A DNA stretch of 63,937 nucleotides, counting the filler, from Octopus bimaculoides (lineage: Eukaryota), in assembly GCF_001194135.2 (NCBI RefSeq). It is 5 parts of 5 records of this genome, joined end to end, with 100 filler letters (N's around TTAATTAATTAA, not from the genome) between each part and the next. Parts side by side here need not be neighbours in the genome. Positions count along the whole stretch, not along the records: positions 50,858 to 59,989 come from NC_068987.1; positions 60,090 to 62,630 come from NC_068981.1; positions 62,731 to 63,937 come from NC_068984.1; 2 more parts are not named here. One strand, given 5' to 3'. This document shows positions 54,316 to 63,937 of the stretch, piece after piece (the first letter of the stretch is position 1; every line of letters begins with the position of its first letter). Both the position numbers and the translations under genes were made by a program. The notes under the pieces were generated by a model, which saw nothing but the letters and a program-made list of their open reading frames with translations, made no database searches and was not told the DNA's origin.

Positions 54316-55586
54316 GATAAATAAATAAATAAAGTAAATAGAGTTTTAATTGTTTCTTCTGAAAATAGTTCAGATTTTGTTAATTGGCGCGAAAAGGAAC
54401 TATATCTGTATGAAATTTCACGTTCTCTGTCTGCAGCCTTGCTGCCCCGACCGCGAACTTGGGTATCGCTGCAGGGAAGAGAAAGTTCAACAAATGCAAG
54501 TGACTGACCGGTCACCATCTGACTAGGACGCTGTGGACACCTCAGGTGTTCTTGGACAGTAGATTTCCTCCTCAAAATCAGGATAACAGCGTGCCGTCAG
54601 AAGCATGTGTCCCCTGAGGTAGATAGCTGTTGCACGCTCTGTCGCTGGTCATTCTCTGCAGCAACGCCTTTACAGTTATGTCTGCGATGCGCGGCTAAAT
54701 ACAACATCAGTTCTGGAGTGTACAACCTGTTAATGTCCCCCATCGTTTGATGCTTAATTCTACCACCATTAAAAAAAAAATTTGTTTCCTTTATAAATAG
54801 TTCTGTTTTCCCTTTTTCTCCAGAATTTTATCTTTTACATTTCTCATGTTTTTGCCTTTTTTTCTTCCAGTGAAAATATGTTGCTAAATAAAATTGAGGA
54901 TTTCATAAGTAAAAGAAATTCCAGTTAAATCTTAAGTGGTAGCTTAAGCCAAAAGAAGACTCAACAGAAAGTGTTTTCTTTTTTAAATATAAGATACTGC
55001 AGTTGAAGGTAAGTCACATTACATATTAATTTAGCTGTTATTTTTAACAGTTTCAGCTTCCGCAGGCAGAGGCAGATCTATGACGCTCATTTCCGTGTTC
55101 AAACCTAAACAGAGGCACTGAATATTTCTGGAAACACAAATAAATACTAAACAAATTTAATCTTGTGATTAGAGCTACGTAACTTCCTTTGTGTGTGCGC
55201 GTGAGTGCGTGCGTGCGTATTTGTATGGCTATGTATGTGGTGATTGGCAACTAAGTTAGAGCAGATACATTTCTGGAGGAACTGCGATAAGAGCACGGAT
55301 CGAGGTTTTTCAGTCAATGTTTACAATCTTGGGCTTTGTTCGTCGTAAAACACTCAAACGCAGAAACGAATAATATTTACCCAGAAGATATTTTCACTGG
55401 AATCGCCACTCGCTAAACAACAAACATACCATTAGATATTTAAATAATCAAGCATTTCAAGAAAATATGCGACGTCTTTTAGTTGCGCTGATTATATAAA
55501 CACACGCTATAAGAAGAATCTGCGGCTTACAATGTGTGTCTTTATGCATGTGTGTGTGTATATATACGCTTATATATAAGCATATG

Positions 55587-55651
<65 letters not shown>

Positions 55652-56025
55652 TACTCTTTTACTTGTTTCAGTCATTTCACTGCGGCCATGCTGGACCACC
55701 GCATTTAGTCGAGCAAATGGACCCCAGGACTTATTCTTTGTAAACCTAGTACTTATTCTATCGGTCAGTTTTGCCGAACCGCTAAGTTACGGGGATAAAC
55801 ACACCAGCATAGGTTGTCAAACACAGACACACAAACATACACACACGCACAATCATATATTTATGAAAGAGTACAGCAGGGTTCGCCACCAGCCCCTGCC
55901 GGAGCCTCGTGGAGCTTTAGGTGTTATCGCTCAATAAAGACTTACAGCGTCCGGTCTGGGAATCGAAACCGTGATCCTACGACCGCGAGTCCTCTGCACA
56001 TCCACTATATATAAATATACATATA

Positions 56026-56410
56026 CACAGGCGTAGGACTTGCGGTGTGGTAAGTAGGTTGCTTACCAACTACATGGTTCTGGGTTCATTCCCACTGCGT
56101 GGCACCTTGGGCAAGTGTCTTCTACTATAGCCTCAGGCCAACTAAAGCCTTGTGAGTGGATTTGGTAGAGAGAAAGAAGACTGAAAGACGACTGAAAGAC
56201 TGTGTGTCTGTGTTTGCCCCCACAACATCGCTTGACAATCGATGGTGGAGTGTTTACGTCCACGTAAGTTAGCGGTTCGGCAAAAGTGACCAATGGAATA
56301 AGTACTAGGCTTACAAAGAATAAGTCCTGGGGTCGATTTGCTCGAATAAAGACGGTGTTCCAGCATGGCCGCAGTCAAATGACTGAAACAAGTAAAAGAG
56401 TAAAAAGAGA
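56026..56410 (+). mobile_element. SINE family A, near full length
   Basis: Collinear with the 10598 copy; CpGs largely retained. Confidence 0.9.
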
Positions 56411-56453
56411 GTAATATACATACATACATACACACACACATGCATACATACAT

Positions 56454-56503
<50 letters not shown>

Positions 56504-57033
56504 GCATGCATGCNNNNNNNNNNNNNNNNNNNNNNNNNNNNNNNNNNNNNNNNNNNNNNNNNNNNNNNNNNNNNNNNNNNNNNNNNNNNNNNNNNNNNNN
56601 NNNNNNNNNNNNNNNNNNNNNNNNNNNNNNNNNNNNNNNNNNNNNNNNNNNNNNNNNNNNNNNNNNNNNNNNNNNNNNNNNNNNNNNNNNNNNNNNNNNN
56701 NNNNNNNNNNNNNNNNNNNNNNNNNNNNNNNNNNNNNNNNNNNNNNNNNNNNNNNNNNNNNNNNNNNNNNNNNNNNNNNNNNNNNNNNNNNNNNNNNNNN
56801 NNNNNNNNNNNNNNNNNNNNNNNNNNNNNNNNNNNNNNNNNNNNNNNNNNNNNNNNNNNNNNNNNNNNNNNNNNNNNNNNNNNNNNNNNNNNNNNNNNNN
56901 NNNNNNNNNNNNNNNNNNNNNNNNNNNNNNNNNNNNNNNNNNNNNNNNNNNNNNNNNNNNNNNNNNNNNNNNNNNNNNNNNNNNNNNNNNNNNNNNNNNN
57001 NNNNNNNNNNNNNNNNNNNNNNNNNNNNNNNNN

Positions 57034-57089
57034 AAACCGCTTTGTTATTATTATCATTATTATTATTGCTGTTATTTTTATCATTATTA

Positions 57090-57146
<57 letters not shown>

Positions 57147-57293
57147 GTTGACCCTACCTCCACATCTTTGTTGAATTGTACTACGCTATGCTACGCTATG
57201 CTACGCTATGCTACGCTCTGATCATACGGAATGTTCGTGAAATGCGGGGTGACTGTAATGCCGGCCAGTACAACAGAGACTGTTCTCCGTACT

Positions 57294-57369
<76 letters not shown>

Positions 57370-57581
57370 TTGTAGCAAATATTTTCGGATTTTACATTCA
57401 TATATATATATATAATATCAACCTGAATATATTCATCATTCACCACCGTGTACAGCCAACAGCAAAATCACAACTCCTACTAGAACTGCTACTACCACCA
57501 GCACCACCACCACCACCACCACCGCCGCCGCCGCTACGGCGACGACGACGACAAGGACAAGTACTTATACAACTACTGTTG

Positions 57582-57661
<80 letters not shown>

Positions 57662-57770
57662 TTACTACTATCACAACCACCACCACTACGACGACGACTT
57701 ATAAAACTACTACAACTATTACAGTTACTGCTACAGCTACTACTACTATTATTACTACTACTACTACTAC

Positions 57771-57823
<53 letters not shown>

Positions 57824-58100
57824 GAGCACCACAGCAAACCACAGCACATACCCAGGGCGCACAGAGCTGCGCTCGGTAGTGAAGTGAAAGCACGTTATAA
57901 AAATAAAACTACTGAACAATAATAATAATAATAATAATAATAATATTACAGCTACGACTACTATTATAAGTGGAAGTAGTACTGCTATAACTAATATATC
58001 TGCTAATGACTAGAAATAATATTGAAATTAGTACTGCTGCTGCTGCTGCTGCGACTACTACTACTACCACCACCACCACTGCCACTTCTGCCACCACCAT
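57034..58100. repeat. Patchwork of trinucleotide repeats (TTA, TAG, CAC, CGC, GAC, TAC, TAA, CTG) plus (CTACGCTATG) x4
   Basis: Direct reading. Confidence 0.95.
57822..57916 (+). mobile_element. 5'-truncated R4/Dong-like non-LTR 3'UTR embedded in (TAA)n
   Basis: Unique 95 bp AGAGCACCACAGCAAACC..GCTGCGCTCGGTAGTGAAGTGAAAGC..ACTACTG with (TAA)n on both sides; clade call rests on target preference and recalled similarity, not a search. Confidence 0.6.
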
Positions 58101-58359
58101 ATTCCACACAGAAAGTATATATCTAACCTATATTCACCGAGCTAATGTTATGTTTACCAGATGCCAAAAAAATGTAAGATTATCTTCTAAGCGGATTAAA
58201 CTGGCCATTATGTTCATTAATTTTTATAGGTGTATATATATATATATATACATACATATATACATATCGTATACTTACATATAAATACATATCTGTGAGT
58301 GTGCGTAATGCGCGCGTGCATGTGTGTGTGTTCATGTTTATGAGATTGTGTATGTAAAT

Positions 58360-58402
<43 letters not shown>

Positions 58403-59938
58403 NNNNNNNNNNNNNNNNNNNNNNNNNNNNNNNNNNNNNNNNNNNNNNNNNNNNNNNNNNNNNNNNNNNNNNNNNNNNNNNNNNNNNNNNNNNNNNNNNN
58501 NNNNNNNNNNNNNNNNNNNNNNNNNNNNNNNNNNNNNNNNNNNNNNNNNNNNNNNNNNNNNNNNNNNNNNNNNNNNNNNNNNNNNNNNNNNNNNNNNNNN
58601 NNNNNNNNNNNNNNNNNNNNNNNNNNNNNNNNNNNNNNNNNNNNNNNNNNNNNNNNNNNNNNNNNNNNNNNNNNNNNNNNNNNNNNNNNNNNNNNNNNNN
58701 NNNNNNNNNNNNNNNNNNNNNNNNNNNNNNNNNNNNNNNNNNNNNNNNNNNNNNNNNNNNNNNNNNNNNNNNNNNNNNNNNNNNNNNNNNNNNNNNNNNN
58801 NNNNNNNNNNNNNNTATATATATATATATATATATATACATATACACACATATATATATATATATATATATATGCGAGCATGTATTATAAATGTATGTAC
58901 ATACGTGGAACGAACGTATTTCAAATATGACTGTTTGTGCTCATGTGTGTGTGTGTGTGTGTGTGCGCATGTGTGTATGTGCGCGTGCGTATGTGTGTGT
59001 GTATACGTGTGTGTGTAACCAGACGATGACAGTATCTTATTCTGCTAGCTTCAGCAACGTATATGCTTACATTATACCTGTTATTAAAATACGACGAAAT
59101 TTACTATAAAAAAAATAAGAATAATAAAAAATAAATAAAACCACTGATGCTTATATGATGCAATAACATTATCCTTAACACATGACGATGCACACGTACA
59201 GGAGCCGTATAGACATAGTTCACAAATTTCCAATATATATTTCGTAAATATAATACAAATTCAAAGCTATAATACGGATTATGAAATGCAGTTTCAAACA
59301 CAAAACTGCAATCCGGGGCATTGTAGGTGATAAGGTGATATGAATCATAAAATGATAGATTTCCGGGTCAGCGGACAGCAGACGCTCCAGGCCACTGGTC
59401 GTATTTCTCACCTGAGTTTCCAGTTCTTTTTATGTCCAAGTCCATGTTATCTATCTTAAATGTGTACCAGTCATTGCACTGTGGCCACGCTGGGGCACAG
59501 CCTTATAAGGTTTAGTTCGAGAAAAATATCGACCACGTGATTTATATTTAAGCCTGGTAACTATTCCAAGTCTGGTATATATTCTTTCAGTTTCTTTAAG
59601 GGAATGACTAGGTACGGTGCCATCAACAAACCAACATCGGCTGTCGAGAAATATTGAGGGCAGAGACAGAAGCGGAAACTACCATAGAGATTCGGCCGTT
59701 TGACTAACTTATCCGTGTTTTGTTAGTGGAAGAAAACATTCTTTTACTTGTTGAAGTCATTTGACTGCGGCCATGCTGGAGCACCGTCTTTATTCGAACA
59801 AATCGACACCGAGGACTTCTTCTTTGTAAGCCTAGTACTTATTCTATCTGTCCCTTGGGCCGAACCGCTAAGTTACGGGGACGTAATCACACCAACTCAA
59901 GCAGTGGTGAGGGACAAACGCGCGCGTGCACACACACA

Positions 59939-59981
<43 letters not shown>

Positions 59982-60088
59982 ACATATATNNNNNNNNNNN
60001 NNNNNNNNNNNNNNNNNNNNNNNNNNNNNNNNNTTAATTAATTAANNNNNNNNNNNNNNNNNNNNNNNNNNNNNNNNNNNNNNNNNNN

Positions 60089-60347
60089 NCTGTATGGATG
60101 GATTTATTGAGTTCACATGATCTAGCAGCATTTGGACATCTTGCTGGTGGAGCCAGAGAATAAAGGTGTCATCAACGTATCACAGCCATAGGGTTGGTTT
60201 TAGTGGTGTTGATCCTAAAGCCAAATTCTCGAAGTATTCCATGTATATATTGGCTATTATCGGTGATAATGGCGAACCCATAGCTAAACCATCTTCTTGT
60301 CGATATATATCAGTGTCCATACTGAAGTAGGTAGTTTCTACACAGAC
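60089..60347 (-). mobile_element. Penelope-like reverse transcriptase fragment (inverted)
   Basis: VETTYFSMDTDIYRQEDGLAMGSPLSPIIANIYMEYFE..LWL*YVDDTFILW..LLDHVNSINPSIQ. Confidence 0.92.
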
Positions 60348-60505
60348 ATAATAGACAGGGAACAACACTGGAAAATACGATAACTAAAAGAAGCAGCACA
60401 TATGCTAGGACACAACAACCTCCTAAGCAGACCGAGTGCAGATATGAATAGCATATGGGAACCGGTATTGAGGAAGGATAGAGAAATAATAGATTTCTAA
60501 GCCTT
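60348..60505 (+). mobile_element. Penelope-like GIY-YIG endonuclease C-terminus
   Basis: IIDREQHWKIR*LKEAAHMLGHNNLLSRPSADMNSIWEPVL resembles the PLE EN tail (D.E..W..R.LKE....LN). Confidence 0.7.
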
Positions 60506-60563
60506 AAAATTCATCCCAAGGTTCCGAGTTCGATTCACGGCAGCGACCTGATTAATAATAATA

Positions 60564-60616
<53 letters not shown>

Positions 60617-60660
60617 GAAACATCGATAGGAATGAGAACCCAGGTTCGAAATTTCCCCAA

Positions 60661-60706
60661 GACCCCTGACGAAGGCTGGAGGGTATATCAGCCGAAACGT
60701 TGTGTT
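60661..60706 (+). ncRNA. Minimal type I hammerhead ribozyme
   Basis: Core CTGACGA 60666-60672; extra A; stem II GGCTG 60674-60678 with CAGCC 60689-60693; GAAA 60694-60697; palindromic AACGTT helix III; GUU triplet 60699-60701; stem I GACCC with GTGTT (one mismatch). Confidence 0.8.
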
Positions 60707-60959
60707 AACAACAAACAAGATGAGGACGAATATCCGTCAAATGTAAATAATGTAAATAATTCCTTATCTCTTAAATATAGAACTGTATATATATGTTCAT
60801 CTCGGTGATGTTTTGCAAATGATATGAACTGAAATCGTGTATTGAAACAGTTCCAGCTTGGCAGACACATATTAACAACTAAAAAGAGTCAAACACTATT
60901 ATTTTCACTTAACTCTAAAACACCAGCCATTATCAATTGATGTTCCAAAAAATTTTCCA

Positions 60960-61216
60960 TGGATTCGCCCGAGCGCCTACTTCGTGAAATGTGCCTAAGC
61001 GTAAGTGGCCCTTGTCGACGGGAGAACTGAAGTTGCAAATGAAAGATTTATACAGCAATGGATGAAGATTTACCTGATTTTACTTAATCAGATAAGATAG
61101 ATGATCATGATCATTATCATAATGACGACGATGATGATGATGATGATGATGATGACGATGATTATCCACTTAGCACTGAAGAAAGTGATGTTTTAACTTG
61201 CTCAGAGTGGAAATAG
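60960..61216 (+). mobile_element. Decayed acidic transposase N-terminus (piggyBac-like?)
   Basis: PKRKWPLSTGEL then, frameshifted, DEDLPDF..D-rich..DYPLSTEESD; no catalytic motif or TIR pair seen. Confidence 0.3.
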
Positions 61217-61779
61217 TTCACAGATTTTTCTTCATTTGTACATTTATTTCACTACAACAATCACAAATTAATGGCTCAATAATCTAATTGGCAAAAAATC
61301 ACGTTTAATTTTATCGCATTTTTCTAAGTTATGTAGAGACAAAAATTGTAACACTCTTAGTTTTCCTCTTCATCAACTAAATCTAAATTCTTGTAAGGAA
61401 TTCCATTCGACTTGCTGACATCAAAACAGATCTTCGTTAGAAAAATTTTGTATTCTCATGGGTTCGTTTTGAAATTCTTTAATAATTTCTAAATTCTCCA
61501 AAACTATTTAGAATTTCTTTGAAAGTTATTTTAAAACCTTCGCCCTAATCTGAAAATGGAAATTATTCTAAAGCACAAATATTTCTTTGTGAATGAACTT
61601 TTGATAAGTTTGCTTACCTTTTTCTGTCGCGTGTGAATTCAAAGTTTCCTTTCATCATTTACCATATATCGATGCATAATTGCACACACACACACACACG
61701 CACACACACACACTCATATATATATATATATATGTACACAAACACACACACATGCATACATATATATACATATATATAT

Positions 61780-61841
<62 letters not shown>

Positions 61842-62048
61842 CGTGTGTGTGTACGTTTACATATTCACGCATGCATATAATATTCTTCTATTCTTTTACT
61901 TGTTTCAGTCATTTGACTGCGGCCATGCTGGAGCACCCCATNNNNNNNNNNCACACACACACACACACGCACACACACACACTCATATATATATATATAT
62001 ATGTACACAAACACACACACATGCATACATATATATACATATATATAT

Positions 62049-62108
<60 letters not shown>

Positions 62109-62575
62109 CGTGTGTGTGTACGTTTACATATTCACGCATGCATATAATATTCTTCTATTCTTTTACTTGTTTCAGTCATTTGACTGCGGCCATGCTGGAG
62201 CACCCCATTTAGTCGAGCAAATCTACCCCAGAGATTATTCTTTGTAAGCCTAGTACTTATTCTATCTGAGACTTTTGCCGAACCGCTAGGTTACAGGGAC
62301 GTAAATACACCAGCAACGGTTGTCAAGCGATGTTGGAGGTAACAAGCACAGAAACACAAACATATACACACACATACATACAAACACATATATATACACA
62401 TACGACGGGCTTCTTCCAGTTTCCGTCTTCCAAATCCACTCACAAGGCTTTGGTCGGCCCGAGGCTATAGTAGAAGACACTTGCCCAAGGTTTCACGCAT
62501 TGGGACTGAACCCAGGACCGTATGCTTGGTAAGCATGCTACTTACCACACAGCCAATCCTGCGCCTACACACACA

Positions 62576-62630
<55 letters not shown>

Positions 62631-62844
62631 NNNNNNNNNNNNNNNNNNNNNNNNNNNNNNNNNNNNNNNNNNNNTTAATTAATTAANNNNNNNNNNNNNN
62701 NNNNNNNNNNNNNNNNNNNNNNNNNNNNNNATAATTTATATTATTATATTTGATAATAAATAAATTACATGCCTTCATTAATGCAAAATGCAAAAAAATC
62801 TTTAAAATAATGTAGAATTTAAGCTACGACCTCAAGTGAAAGGA

Positions 62845-63205
62845 GGTCTTTCACCTGATGTGGGTTCATCTGGTATCTGAGATAAAAATTTGAAGACCTC
62901 CACATCTACACTTCGCAAATCTCTGAAGTTGTTTGGCAGAATGATGAGCAGTCGCAGACCCTTGAAATCCAGGCTGTTAGAGTACTAGGTTCTTATTCTA
63001 GATGGAGAAAACAGGATCTTTGGTATTATGCAGTGCCGTCAAGTTCAGTGGTTGGTATAGCTTCCAATTCCAAAGTTGGGAGCAGTAATCCAGACGACTG
63101 AGAACGAAAGTTCTCCACAAGAGTAGCATGGTAACCTTTTTTCTGTTTCTTAATGATCTCGGAATCCATCCAGCTTCTCGCCTCCACAGTGCTGCCATCT
63201 TGGTA
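62845..63205 (-). mobile_element. CR1-clade LINE ORF2 3' fragment with internal deletion
   Basis: TMLLLWRTFVLSRLDYCSQLW and YSNSLDFKGLRLLIILPNNFRDLRSVDVEVFK..SQIPDEPTS. Confidence 0.85.
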
Positions 63206-63324
63206 ATATGCACATGGTATGGATGGATGAACGGATGGATATACGCATATATATATACATATGTATATATACATGTGTGTGTGCGTGTGTGTATATATAC
63301 ATATATATACATGTACATAGTAAA

Positions 63325-63658
63325 GGCGCATGGCTCAGTGGTTAGAGCGTCGGGCTCACAATCATAAGGGAGTGAGTTCGATTCTCAAATCGGGCTCTGT
63401 GTTGTGTTCTTGAGCAAGGAACTTTATTTCAAGTTGTTCCAGTTCACTCAGCTGTAGAAATGAGTTGCGACGATACTGGTGCCAAATTGCATCAGCCATT
63501 TGCTTTCCCTTGAATAACATCGCTGGCGTGGATAAGGGAGGTTGGTATGCATGGGTGACTGCTGGTTTTCCATAAAAAAGCCTGCCCTGGGTTGTACTTC
63601 GGAGAGGATCTTTCTAGGTGCAATGCCATCGTCATTCATGACAGTAGGGGTCTTTACC

Positions 63659-63659
<1 letters not shown>
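63325..63659 (+). mobile_element. tRNA-derived SINE, full length
   Basis: GGCGCATGGCTCAGTGGTTAGAGCG (A box), GAGTTCGATTC (B box), core TGTGTTCTTGAGCAAG. Confidence 0.9.
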
Positions 63660-63692
<33 letters not shown>

Positions 63693-63819
63693 TCAACTTG
63701 ATCATTCTTATAGCCACCTTATACGACGCGGAATTGGTCCCCCGTAAAGACATCAGGAGTCATAGTTTGAATCATTTGAGTGCTACTACGTGTGTTCTAT
63801 TCTGAGAATCAAATATATA

Positions 63820-63937
63820 CGAGGTTGAGTCAAAAAGTAATGCCGTTTTGTTTAGGACAGGTATAATTACCAACACAAGTACATGTATCATACATTAAAA
63901 TGAAGCTGGTCCGCTGTGGATCACATCGCATGTATGG
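63820..63937 (+). mobile_element. Mariner-type 5' end, running off the window
   Basis: TA|CGAGGTTGAGTCAAAAAGTAATGCC resembles the mariner TIRs at 20993 and 23786. Confidence 0.65.

Noticed and set aside
59412-61680. Possible minus-strand exons (MDLDIKRTGNS near 59412-59454; MMKGNFEFTRDRK near 61618-61660)
   Set aside because: Donors look good, but the phases are incompatible (joining creates a stop) and there is no other support.
61681-62200. About 260-bp near-exact tandem duplication
   Set aside because: The two copies are separated by a 10-N gap, typical of overlapping contig ends; the same applies near 43994.

Overview
AT-rich, microsatellite-saturated animal DNA with many N gaps. The SINE and LINE families point to a coleoid cephalopod, most likely Octopus (inference from repeat sequence). 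Nearly all listed ORFs are translations of simple repeats and are not genes. Supportable content: (1) a small multi-exon host gene on the + strand that the ORF track misses. Its three last exons (37932-37974, 40451-40576, 46249-46306) splice in phase to a stop, with weaker candidate exons from about 22 kb. I cannot name the protein. It sits in a visibly CpG-depleted domain of about 22.5-47.6 kb. (2) Many transposon relics: tRNA-derived SINEs of several families, RTE 3' ends (two with C2H2 zinc fingers), CR1, an R4/Dong-like 3' end in (TAA)n, two Penelope-like elements, mariner DD34D, maT DD37D, Tigger, a hAT MITE and a 536-bp foldback element. The most interesting locus is 60089-60760. There a 5'-inverted Penelope-like copy is followed by a tRNA T-arm fragment, (AAT)n and a minimal type I hammerhead ribozyme with an intact core, suggesting a ribozyme-tailed SINE that depends on Penelope. 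No CRISPR, rRNA or intact tRNA genes were seen. SINE coordinates are approximate unless TSDs are stated.
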